A stretch of 64,000 bases of DNA, taken from the NCBI GenBank assembly GCA_043810775.1, contig JBDRNU010000003.1:1-64000 (forward strand). Reading direction: 5' to 3'. This DNA comes from an archaeon. GTDB lineage: Archaea; Nanobdellota; Nanobdellia; Pacearchaeales; GW2011-AR1. Of the stretch, positions 35,672-44,868 are shown piece by piece (within the stretch, counting starts at the first letter, position 1; each line of letters begins with the position of its first letter). Below the pieces are notes generated by a model, which saw only the letters and a program-made list of their open reading frames with translations, had not been told where the DNA came from and did not search any database. A program made the translations under genes and the position numbers.

Positions 35672-38170
35672 ATGAAAAGAGGACGGTTACTAATATATTT
35701 TTTATTTGTAGTTTTATTAATTGGAAGTGTTAGTGCTTGGACTGTTACTAGCAATCCAACTGGAGGGGATGATGGGGCACTATCATCAGTAAGGGATGGT
35801 GATTATTTATATGCTGGTGGATTTGATTCTCTTCAATGGAGAATTGAGAAGAGAAGTATAATTGATGGAAGTTTAGTTACAAGTTTTAGTGGTGATGGAA
35901 TTGTTACCAGTAATCCAAGTAGTTCTTCTGATGCTATATACTCTTTAGCAATTGATTCTTCGTATATATATGCTGCTGGATATGATTATTCTCCAGGTAA
36001 TAATGCTCAATGGAGAATAGAAAAAAGGGATAAAACAACAGGTGCTTTAGTTACAAGTTTTGGTGGTGATGGCGTAATTACTTTTAATCCAAGCGATACT
36101 GATCGTCTTTATGGGGCCGAAATTATTAAATCGATAGCAGTTGATGATAATTATCTATATATATTTGGAGAGGATTATACCATTACTTATAATTCTAGAT
36201 GGAGAATAGAAAAAAGGGATAAAACAACAGGTGCTTTAGTTACAAGTTTTAGTGGGGATGGAATTATAATTAGCAACCCTAGTGATTCTTATGATACTCC
36301 ATATTCTATAAAAGTTGATTCTTCTTATTTATACTTAGCAGGATCTTCTGTTGACGCTCCACATTGGAGAGTTGAAAAGAGAGATAAAACAACAGGTGCT
36401 TTAGTTACAAGTTTTGGTGGTGATGGTGTGATTGGAAGTACTGTTTCAACTGGATGGTTTTGCATTTTAGGATTACGTTCGTCAACTATTGAAGGCAATT
36501 ATTTATATCTGGCAGGAAATGAGTGCACTGATGGTGGTGGGCTTCGGATAAGAATTGAAAAAAGAGATAAAACAACAGGTGCTTTAGTTACAAGTTTTGG
36601 TGGTGATGGGATAGTACAAGGTGCATCAAGTAGCGGCATTGCAAATTCTATAACCTCTGATTCATCTTACTTATACATTGCTGGAGAAACATATTCTGGA
36701 AGCGAATCTTACTGGAGAGTTGAAAAGAGAGATATAAATACGGGTAATTTAGTTACGGCCTTTGATGGGGATGGCTTATTCACTCTCAATCCTAGTGGAG
36801 GATATGATTCTATTTACTCTGCTACAGTTGATTCACTTTCATTATATCTTGTTGGATATCAATCTAGAACCATTCCTCCTGAAAGCAGCAACGGCCGATG
36901 GAGAATCCAGAAAATAGATAAAACAACTGGGGGGCCTCCAATAGTCCAAGTTTGTGGTGATAATAACATAGATCTTGGAGAACAGTGTGATGGAACCTCA
37001 ACAGGCAGTTGTTTAGGAGCTTGTGATATGACTGATCCTGATGCCTGTACTTGTTATGAGTTTTGCGGGGATAATATTACACAAAACCCTAATGATGATG
37101 GAGAAAATGAATCATGCGATGATGGAAATCTTATTAATGATGATGGATGCAGAAACAATTGCGTACTTCCAGAAATTTGCGGTGATGGAATTGATAATGA
37201 TTTTGATGGTTTTACTGATTGCAGTGACAGTGATTGTATAGGTAGTCCGTTATGTTTTGGCATATCAGAAGCAAACTGGACTAATATGGAAGGAATTAAA
37301 ATATTTAATGCTGACTTAAATGACAGAGTTAAATTATTTGCAACTGGAACAGCTTTTACAGGAGAGAACTTGACTTTTGAAATCTGGAAAGATATAAAAT
37401 GGTGGTTTGACAGCAAGATAGCAAGTCTTGCTGGATTTGAATCAGTAAGCTGGAAAGCTAGTGAGCAAGGAAAATACTATTTCAAGGTTGCTGAAGAGGG
37501 TGGAACCCCTATTAAATCGGATAATTTAACTGTCAGCAGTTTTGAAAATAATAGCGCGCCAATTGCAGGCATTGTTAATCCAATTAATAAAAGAATATAT
37601 TATAAAAATGTAGCTGTGAATTTTATCCAAAATAGCTCTGATATCGACGATAATATTACTATTTTATGGGATTTTGGTGATGGAAGCACATCAACTAATT
37701 ATAATGACACCCATATTTACACTAGCACTGGGCAAAAGAGTATTAAACTTAAAGTTACAGATGAGAGAGGTTTATTTGATGAAGACCAGGTTAGTATACT
37801 AATTGTTGATCCTAATGCTGCTGATGGGAAATATTTATTTACTTACATTAGTGAGCCAAAATTTGGACAGATTTTTGACCAGCAGGAAGTTAGATTTAAT
37901 GCAAGCAGTACATATGCTATACATATTAATGTATCTTCAGGAGGCAATATATACTGTGTAGCTGGTTATTGCCCAGCTAGCACAGAATTAGGAGATCCAA
38001 TAATTGATATAAGCCCTGGATTTAGCCCTTTGAAATTCTTTTGGGTATTTGATAAAGATAAATCTGGAAATAAGTTGAACTGGTCTTATCAGGGAATTTA
38101 TGGGTCTGAATTTAAATGGACTTTTTCAGATACAGGAAGACATACCGCATTGCTTACTGTTGAATATTAA
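35672..38170 (+). CDS. Secreted adhesin-like protein: repeat beta-propeller, Cys-rich CGD..E.CDDGN repeats, PKD domain
   Basis: About 7 WR(I/V)EKRD..TG.LV..F.GDG blades; ESCDDGN...DDGC; WDFGDG. Confidence 0.85.
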   Translation: MKRGRLLIYFLFVVLLIGSVSAWTVTSNPTGGDDGALSSVRDGDYLYAGGFDSLQWRIEKRSIIDGSLVTSFSGDGIVTSNPSSSSDAIYSLAIDSSYIYAAGYDYSPGNNAQWRIEKRDKTTGALVTSFGGDGVITFNPSDTDRLYGAEIIKSIAVDDNYLYIFGEDYTITYNSRWRIEKRDKTTGALVTSFSGDGIIISNPSDSYDTPYSIKVDSSYLYLAGSSVDAPHWRVEKRDKTTGALVTSFGGDGVIGSTVSTGWFCILGLRSSTIEGNYLYLAGNECTDGGGLRIRIEKRDKTTGALVTSFGGDGIVQGASSSGIANSITSDSSYLYIAGETYSGSESYWRVEKRDINTGNLVTAFDGDGLFTLNPSGGYDSIYSATVDSLSLYLVGYQSRTIPPESSNGRWRIQKIDKTTGGPPIVQVCGDNNIDLGEQCDGTSTGSCLGACDMTDPDACTCYEFCGDNITQNPNDDGENESCDDGNLINDDGCRNNCVLPEICGDGIDNDFDGFTDCSDSDCIGSPLCFGISEANWTNMEGIKIFNADLNDRVKLFATGTAFTGENLTFEIWKDIKWWFDSKIASLAGFESVSWKASEQGKYYFKVAEEGGTPIKSDNLTVSSFENNSAPIAGIVNPINKRIYYKNVAVNFIQNSSDIDDNITILWDFGDGSTSTNYNDTHIYTSTGQKSIKLKVTDERGLFDEDQVSILIVDPNAADGKYLFTYISEPKFGQIFDQQEVRFNASSTYAIHINVSSGGNIYCVAGYCPASTELGDPIIDISPGFSPLKFFWVFDKDKSGNKLNWSYQGIYGSEFKWTFSDTGRHTALLTVEY
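36029..36598 (+). repeat. Four identical 33-nt intragenic repeats
   Basis: GATAAAACAACAGGTGCTTTAGTTACAAGTTTT at 36029, 36218, 36383, 36566. Confidence 0.9.
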
Positions 38171-38227
38171 CAATTATATCGACACAATAATGGTTAGATT
38201 TATAAATAAAATTTAACTTAAGAGAAT

Positions 38228-39061
38228 ATGGAAAAAAGAGGAATAATAGTAGTATTGTTAGTTATATTTTTAGCTGGACTTGCAATCGCTGCTGAGGGAA
38301 ATGCAACTACTGAATTTGAAACTCAATTTGGCAGCTGTTCTGCTGATGGATTGCACTGGATTGATGAATTAGGTGTATCTCATGCAACTACATTTGATCC
38401 TAGTACTTATGATTTGATAGAAGATTCAACTTACTGCACTTTGGAGCCAGGAGGATGCTGCCCAAGCGGATTTACCTGTGTTCCATGTAGCCCTCCTGCA
38501 GGACCTGGCTGTGGATGCCAAGGATATACTTCTGAGTATTGCTCAAACGGAAGCACTAGTGGAGGGCAGATAGTATATTGTGCAGATTATCCTGACCAAG
38601 CAAACTGCACAATTGATTCTTGCGGGGCTGTAACTTGGGAGTGTTTATTAGATGAAAACAATTGTGAGGGATATATCTGGAATGGAACAATGTGGTGGGC
38701 TTCTGTAAATGAAAGCTGCAAGTGGAACAGCACTGGCAATGCATGTTATTTTCATATGAGGTGGGTTCCAACAATATGCTTTAATGGGTGTGATGATTCT
38801 GGATATTATTATTGTGATAGAACTACCACTAAGGGTAATTGCCAGGGAGGAAAGATGCTTGTAAGCTGGGGTGAAATATTATATCATTCTATTAGTGGAG
38901 AGGTTTTTGATGCAAATTTAGAAACTTTATATGGCTGTCAAGATGGCTCAAGATATTATAACTGTGGATTTAGTGAACAGCTAGGTTTTTTTAATATTTG
39001 GGGCATTATTCTCGCATTAATGTTAATTAGCTTATACTATGTTGTGAGAGAGAAAAGATGA
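38228..39061 (+). CDS. Cys-rich anchored surface protein
   Basis: MEKRG signal; CCPSGFTC; C-terminal QLGFF...TM plus REKR. Confidence 0.8.
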   Translation: MEKRGIIVVLLVIFLAGLAIAAEGNATTEFETQFGSCSADGLHWIDELGVSHATTFDPSTYDLIEDSTYCTLEPGGCCPSGFTCVPCSPPAGPGCGCQGYTSEYCSNGSTSGGQIVYCADYPDQANCTIDSCGAVTWECLLDENNCEGYIWNGTMWWASVNESCKWNSTGNACYFHMRWVPTICFNGCDDSGYYYCDRTTTKGNCQGGKMLVSWGEILYHSISGEVFDANLETLYGCQDGSRYYNCGFSEQLGFFNIWGIILALMLISLYYVVREKR

Positions 39062-41826
39062 GGAAATTAATTTTTTTTGTAGTATTTTCTGTTATTTTAA
39101 GTAGTTTAGTATGTGGATTTTCAGTTAGCTCAAATCAGAGCTATAGCATCAAATATGTTTATGCTCCTGGAGAGATAATTCAGGGATGGATTAATATAAG
39201 CTTGCAAAATGATGCTTCTAATTTACAGTTAGACACTAGCTTAGATGGGGATTCTATAGATTTGATTGATTTTGTGAAAAAAAATAGTTTAAATTACGAC
39301 TGCCTTCCTAAAGATTGTGAAGATAATTACAAAGTAAGAGATGAAGCAACTTTTAAACAAGCTGATTTGGCTGCAGACAGCCAAAAACTTTATGGATTTA
39401 AAATTAGCGAGCCATTTGAAAGAGTAGATGAACTTAGATTTAATATTTCAAGTAATACTTTTGATTCTTGCGCAATGCCACTTAGAATAGACTTATGCAA
39501 TGATGGCAATATTAACTGGAAATATAAGGAATTTTTTCCTGTTTTTGACTGCGGAGTTACTGATTTGAACTGCTATAATTCTGGAGCAACACTCAATGAG
39601 TATGATTTAACTGCATCTAGCTTATACTGCCAAGAGTTCCAATTAACTGAAAGACCAGCTTATGAAATAAGTGTAGATTTAATAAAAGGAGCAGATACTA
39701 ATGTAGAATTTACACTAGAAATAAGAGATCAGGGAGGGTCACCTACGGGAAAATACTGCAAATATAATGGAAATAGCTGGACCACAAAAGTAAACTGCAC
39801 AGTTATTAATACAGATGGAAGTATTGGCTCTGGAAAGTACTTTGCCTGTATAAGCGTAGATTCTTCTACTCCAACTGGCAAGCATAAAATAAAAGCTGAA
39901 ACTGAAAATCCAAAATGCGGATATGCTGGTGATTTTGGAGGAGTTTATGATGCAGATTATCCAATACAGATAAAAGGAGCAAGATATGATGCATTTGATA
40001 ATTCTTTTTTTAGCCAGGTTGCTTGGGAAGAACAAAATGGTGGAGACTTAGTAGATTATATTAATAATTATATTAATGGAAAATATCGCAAGATTTCTGG
40101 CACTAGCAATTATAATTGCAGTAGTGACTGTGTTATCCCTATAAGATTTTATGGAGGTTTGAGTCAAGCTTTGAGAGTTAGCAATATCTACTTACACTAT
40201 CAGGCTGCGGCTGGTGGAAGAGACACAAACAAAATTTATGATGTAGATCTTGAACCAGCTAAACTTACTAGCAAGTATTTTGAATTTGATTTAAGTGTGG
40301 CTAACTTTACAGCTCCTAAAAGTTATGGAAATCACACCCTTATTATTACTTTAGGTGGGACAGAAATTTTAAATGAAAAAGTAAGTGTGGCTAAAATTCC
40401 TGTAATAGGAGATGTTTATCCTAATCAGGTTCCTGCTGGAAGACCAGTTACCTTATATGTAAATGTAAGCTCACCAGCTGACAATGAGATTGTAAGTTAT
40501 AACTGGAGCTTTAGTGATGGAGTTTCGCAAGTAACTACGGAAGGGCAGGTAACTCGCACTTTTTCCAGAATACTAGGATATTCTCTTGACCTTACAGTAA
40601 AGGACTCAACTGGCCAGACAGCTATAAAAAGATTTACAATTATTGCAGGAGACCCTGAAATAGCAATAAACTCTACAATTAAAGATTATAGAAACCGTCT
40701 AGAAAACTTGAGAGCTGATCTTAGCTTTTATACTGGATGGTATAAAAATATAATTGAGGAAAAAATCGGAATAGATGAACTTGAAGAACAGATTAGAACT
40801 CAAGAAATAAAATTCATTAATTCATTTAATGATCCAGACAAGCTTGTCCCAATAATGTCTAATTTAACTGAGTTAAATATTCCTATAAAACTTATGAATA
40901 AAAATGAAGGCTCAATGCCCTTATTTATAGACCCTAGCCAGGTTAATTTTGATTATCTTGATTCAATGGGTGCTGGAAGCGCTCCGATGAATTCTAGTGG
41001 AGAGGATGCTTATGAAAAAGCTATTAGCAATTGGCTTGGGAAATATGCTACAATTGACTATGATTTCCAGATCATTGCATTATATTTTGAAGATGGGAGT
41101 TATGAGTTTCTTATGGGTGTGTTTGATTTAAATATAGATATCAGTGAAGCCAAAGATGGCAAAGAGATGTACTTGGTGATTAGCCATGATGATATTGACT
41201 TAGATAAAGAGTATAATATTGATGAGTTTGATGATGCAACCGGGATTATATTTGATTCCATATCAAACAAGAATGTGGGAATTTTAGTGGAAGAAGAAAT
41301 AGAACCTGAAAATTTAGTTGCATATCTTGCCCCACAATTTTCAGAACTGGAAATTGTTGGGTCTATTGGGCCGTGCAATTTTAATAATAAATGTGAAAAA
41401 AGTTTAGGAGAAACTTGGAAAAACTGCAGACAGGATTGCAAACCAGTAGGCTGGATGATATTCTGGATTTTTATCTTGATGATTGGGGCTTTAGCAGTAT
41501 ATATAATATTACAAGAGTGGTATAAGAGAAGATATGAAAATTATCTTTTTAATAATAGAAATGACTTGTATAATTTAGTAAATTTTGTAAAAAATGCTAA
41601 AAACCAGGGATTGGGTGACGGCGAGATAACAAAGAGATTGAAAAAATCAGGGTGGGATGGAGAGCAGATATCATATGTATTTAAAAAAGTTAAGGGCAAG
41701 AGAGTGGGAATGTTATTTGAAATTCCTATACCTAAATTATTTAAGAGATTTCCTAAGAAAAAATACAATCCTATGGCTCAAAATCTACCAGGAAACAGAA
41801 GACTTATAAATATAGGAAGATACTAA
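39058..41826 (+). CDS. Large type-I membrane protein with PKD domain and cytoplasmic helical tail domain
   Basis: Signal; YNWSFSDG; CNFNNKCE..LGE..KNCR.DC; TM; FVKNAKNQG...I...LKKSGW..EQI. Confidence 0.85.
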   Translation: MRKLIFFVVFSVILSSLVCGFSVSSNQSYSIKYVYAPGEIIQGWINISLQNDASNLQLDTSLDGDSIDLIDFVKKNSLNYDCLPKDCEDNYKVRDEATFKQADLAADSQKLYGFKISEPFERVDELRFNISSNTFDSCAMPLRIDLCNDGNINWKYKEFFPVFDCGVTDLNCYNSGATLNEYDLTASSLYCQEFQLTERPAYEISVDLIKGADTNVEFTLEIRDQGGSPTGKYCKYNGNSWTTKVNCTVINTDGSIGSGKYFACISVDSSTPTGKHKIKAETENPKCGYAGDFGGVYDADYPIQIKGARYDAFDNSFFSQVAWEEQNGGDLVDYINNYINGKYRKISGTSNYNCSSDCVIPIRFYGGLSQALRVSNIYLHYQAAAGGRDTNKIYDVDLEPAKLTSKYFEFDLSVANFTAPKSYGNHTLIITLGGTEILNEKVSVAKIPVIGDVYPNQVPAGRPVTLYVNVSSPADNEIVSYNWSFSDGVSQVTTEGQVTRTFSRILGYSLDLTVKDSTGQTAIKRFTIIAGDPEIAINSTIKDYRNRLENLRADLSFYTGWYKNIIEEKIGIDELEEQIRTQEIKFINSFNDPDKLVPIMSNLTELNIPIKLMNKNEGSMPLFIDPSQVNFDYLDSMGAGSAPMNSSGEDAYEKAISNWLGKYATIDYDFQIIALYFEDGSYEFLMGVFDLNIDISEAKDGKEMYLVISHDDIDLDKEYNIDEFDDATGIIFDSISNKNVGILVEEEIEPENLVAYLAPQFSELEIVGSIGPCNFNNKCEKSLGETWKNCRQDCKPVGWMIFWIFILMIGALAVYIILQEWYKRRYENYLFNNRNDLYNLVNFVKNAKNQGLGDGEITKRLKKSGWDGEQISYVFKKVKGKRVGMLFEIPIPKLFKRFPKKKYNPMAQNLPGNRRLINIGRY

Positions 41827-41839
41827 AAATTAATAAAAA

Positions 41840-42481
41840 ATGGTTGTGAAAATAATAAGTAATTTTTTTAACAGAATTTTTTCAAATATGTTTCATAGAC
41901 AGAAACATATTAAATTAGGCTTTTATGGGCCGCCAAATGCTGGAAAAACTTCACTGGCTAATAGAATATGCAAGGATTGGACTGGAGAGGAAATAGGAAA
42001 AGTCAGCCATATTCCTCATGAAACTAGAAATGTTCAGATAAGAGAAAAAGTAGATATTGAATATAAGGGGAATAAGCTAACACTAAAGCTAGTTGATACG
42101 CCTGGAATAGCTACTAAGATTGATTATGAAGACTTTTTAAAATATGGTATGAATAAAAAGGCTGCTCAAAAAAGGGCAAAAGAAGCTACCCAGGGAGTGG
42201 TTGAAAGCATCAAATGGCTAGATGATATGGATGCTGTGGTGGTTGTTTTAGATTCAACTCAAAATCCTTATTCGCAAGTTAATATTACTATAATAGGAAA
42301 TTTAGTTGCCAGGAAAATTCCTGTACTAGTTGTTGCTAATAAGACTGATTTAAGGAAATCAGATATTAAAAGAGTGGAGGCAGCATTTCCTGAATATGAT
42401 GTTGTTGGAATCTCAGTGAAAAAAGGAAAAAATATGGAAGAGTTTTATGAATCATTGTTCAAGCTAGCAAAAAAAACTTAA
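41840..42481 (+). CDS. oapA: Era-like small GTPase (OapA-like)
   Basis: GPPNAGKTS, PHETR, DTPG, NKTD; followed by DUF2073- and DUF2072-like genes. Confidence 0.82.
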   Translation: MVVKIISNFFNRIFSNMFHRQKHIKLGFYGPPNAGKTSLANRICKDWTGEEIGKVSHIPHETRNVQIREKVDIEYKGNKLTLKLVDTPGIATKIDYEDFLKYGMNKKAAQKRAKEATQGVVESIKWLDDMDAVVVVLDSTQNPYSQVNITIIGNLVARKIPVLVVANKTDLRKSDIKRVEAAFPEYDVVGISVKKGKNMEEFYESLFKLAKKT

Positions 42482-42486
42482 AAAAT

Positions 42487-42566
42487 AAACCTTTAGGAGG
42501 TTTCCAACTGTCGTGCTTAACAGCACAACGAATTAACTTCCTTCATAGAGTTAGTTAATATTCAAA
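42487..42566 (+). other. Structured three-hairpin non-coding element, copy 2
   Basis: AAACCTTTAGGAGGTTT-CCAACTGTC-GTGCT..AGCAC-AACGA-ATTAACTT..GAGTTAGT. Confidence 0.8.
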
Positions 42567-42585
42567 ATGATAAAAAAAGAGGAAA

Positions 42586-42963
42586 ATGAGCAAAAATAAA
42601 CTGACATTAAGTTTTATACCTTATTCAGAAATTGAAAACTTAGACAGTGTCAAGAGAGTTAAAAAAATACTAGATATTGTCCTAAAAAATAGAATAGTAA
42701 TATTACAGGGAAGGCTTGCTGCTACTGAAGAAGGCTCATTAATCCAGAGTACAATGGCTTTAGTTGGCAAGATAAAAAGTTTCAGAGGAGTTGAACTTGC
42801 AGTTATTACTGGAAATCAGGCTTCTTTTATGAGCAGATTAAGACACGGACTGGCTAAAATGCTAATAGGAGACAGTGATGCCCTCACTATAATAGGTCCA
42901 GCTTCTATAGTCAGAGAAATTAAGAGAGACCCTAGCAAGATTGATTTAATGCTTAAGAGATAA
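42586..42963 (+). CDS. oapB: DUF2073 family (OapB-like)
   Basis: RVKKILD.V...IVILQGRL...EE..LI..TM, F.GVE, LTIIGPA. Confidence 0.78.
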   Translation: MSKNKLTLSFIPYSEIENLDSVKRVKKILDIVLKNRIVILQGRLAATEEGSLIQSTMALVGKIKSFRGVELAVITGNQASFMSRLRHGLAKMLIGDSDALTIIGPASIVREIKRDPSKIDLMLKR

Positions 42964-43000
42964 ATATTTATACTTCTTATTATTTATTTTTATTATTAAA

Positions 43001-43075
43001 TAGCCAAATAATAAAATGCCAATGTCATTTTACAATTTGATATAAAATTAACATTAGCCAAATAATAAAATGCCA
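43001..43075 (+). repeat. 21-nt direct repeat including the start codon, flanking a 33-nt hairpin
   Basis: TAGCCAAATAATAAAATGCCA at 43001-43021 and 43055-43075. Confidence 0.9.
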
Positions 43076-43483
43076 CACCAATGCGTACACTGCGGAAAGA
43101 TATATCCTGATGCAAGCAAGGAGCTATTAGAAGGATGCAGCTGCAGCAGCCATTTCTTCTTTTATATTAAAAATGTACAGTTTGAATCATTAAAAGAAAA
43201 TAAGATTATAAGTGAGCTTAAAGAGGAAGATAAAGACCAGATTGAAAAAGATGTAAGGGAGATGATAGGGGTGGAGGAGGAAGACAGCCCGGTTATTCTT
43301 GATTTAGAGTCTGTTAAAATTGAGGGGCCTGGAAGGTATAAGCTGGATATAGTTAACTTATTTAGAAAAGGCAGGCCTGTAGTTTATAAGCTAGAAGAGG
43401 GGAAATATATTATTGATTTAGCTTCTACATTAAGGGTTGATATGGACAAGATTGGAGAGAAAATAAAAAAACCTGAGAAATAG
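43070..43483 (+). CDS. oapC: Zn-ribbon DUF2072 family (OapC-like)
   Basis: MPHQCVHCG...LLEGC.C...FF.Y; ESVKI..PG.Y.LD...L; EEGKY.I.L. Confidence 0.82.
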   Translation: MPHQCVHCGKIYPDASKELLEGCSCSSHFFFYIKNVQFESLKENKIISELKEEDKDQIEKDVREMIGVEEEDSPVILDLESVKIEGPGRYKLDIVNLFRKGRPVVYKLEEGKYIIDLASTLRVDMDKIGEKIKKPEK

Positions 43484-43496
43484 TAAGCTTTAAATA

Positions 43497-43943
43497 ATGG
43501 AACTTATTCTCGAAAACAAGATGGGATTAAACAGAAGTAAGATAATGGACCTTAGATTCTGGGATAGGTGGAGAGCTAGTGGAGCAGTTGGAAATATTGA
43601 AAGTGCTAAAAGCCCTAGGAAATATAATCCTGGAGATATTGTAAGGCTAACTGCCAGGGCTCCAATGGGAGGATATAATCAAGAATATGCTTATTCCCAA
43701 GGAGAGCATACAGAAGGTATGATTCTAAGACAGATTCCTAAAGGAGAGTCTTTTGCAGGATGGTACGAAATTGTTACTACTTCTTATACTCCAAGTGAAA
43801 AAGATTCATGGATATTTAGATTTCCTTTAGATACGTTAGAGGGCATTCCAGGAGATTCTAGGCTTTTAAGAGAGCAGATGAAAAAAGAATTGCTTAGGAG
43901 GGGGTATGAGCCTGCTTTAAGGAAAGCTGGATTAGCTGCATAA
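43497..43943 (+). CDS. Hypothetical protein
   Basis: 148-aa ORF; YNPGDIVRL resembles a KOW/SH3-like start; true start may be a downstream Met. Confidence 0.6.
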   Translation: MELILENKMGLNRSKIMDLRFWDRWRASGAVGNIESAKSPRKYNPGDIVRLTARAPMGGYNQEYAYSQGEHTEGMILRQIPKGESFAGWYEIVTTSYTPSEKDSWIFRFPLDTLEGIPGDSRLLREQMKKELLRRGYEPALRKAGLAA

Positions 43944-43956
43944 ATTTATTTTAAAA

Positions 43957-44799
43957 ATGACACTAAGAAAAGTAAAATTCGGGCAAATAACTTTAGAAAC
44001 TAATGGTTTTAATAGAGCTCTTTATGATGATTATTTTGATGAAAGGAATCTTCCTTTAAATGGAGAGCATCCTGAAAACTGGCATACTGGAAAGTTAAGG
44101 GAGATAGTGCAATCAGTGGGGAGACCTCTTGATGATCTTCCAAAAGCTACAATTGAAGCTATTGCAGCAGAATCAAGAACAAGATTGAGTAAAGAAGATA
44201 TTGAAAGGGCAAGCTCAGAAGCTATGCCTATTCAACTAGGAATTGATGAGGAACTTAGTTATGAAGAATCAAGGGGATTTTTTGAGGATTTTTTAAATGC
44301 TTTTAGATATGCAGATCAATTAAGAAGTGTTGGTTTTAATCCTTGGAGTAAGAGGGTGCATTCTGATTTAGTTGTAATAGGAAAAGGAGAAACTTCAATA
44401 AAATCAAAGCAGGGAAGAGAGTATGAATTAAAGCCATATATTTTTATTTCTGGAAATCATCATAATCATTCTTTTTATCTTAACTTGCAAATGCCTTTTG
44501 ATTATAGGAAAGAGGGTGAAAGTAAAAGGCTTCATGATTTTGTATTAAATAGTGAAGGATTAATAGCTACCCCCTCACATATGTTAGTTTCTCATAATGG
44601 GGGGCCTTATCAAGAAGAAGTATCCCATTATGTTTTAAGTGTAGAAGGTATAGAGGCTTTTGGAAGCATAACAAAATACCCTGAGATTTTTACAGAAATT
44701 GGCTTATTTGGAACACTAAAGTATTTTGAACCTTTTTGCCAAGCTGTTGTAGATAAACTAGATGAACATTTTGATGGACAGGAAAGGCAAAAGAATTAA
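43957..44799 (+). CDS. Hypothetical protein
   Basis: 280-aa open frame, no recognised motif. Confidence 0.65.
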   Translation: MTLRKVKFGQITLETNGFNRALYDDYFDERNLPLNGEHPENWHTGKLREIVQSVGRPLDDLPKATIEAIAAESRTRLSKEDIERASSEAMPIQLGIDEELSYEESRGFFEDFLNAFRYADQLRSVGFNPWSKRVHSDLVVIGKGETSIKSKQGREYELKPYIFISGNHHNHSFYLNLQMPFDYRKEGESKRLHDFVLNSEGLIATPSHMLVSHNGGPYQEEVSHYVLSVEGIEAFGSITKYPEIFTEIGLFGTLKYFEPFCQAVVDKLDEHFDGQERQKN

Positions 44800-44868
44800 A
44801 GTAAATGCATAAAAAATATAATAAACACAATGCGTTAGATATAAATAGCAATTTTCTTTAGTATATTT

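Noticed and set aside
36029-36598. CRISPR array
   Set aside because: Repeats are in-frame coding blades spaced 165-189 nt apart; no cas genes in the window
41840-43483. Replication origin next to oapABC as in haloarchaea
   Set aside because: No cdc6/orc1, ORB repeats or long intergenic region visible nearby
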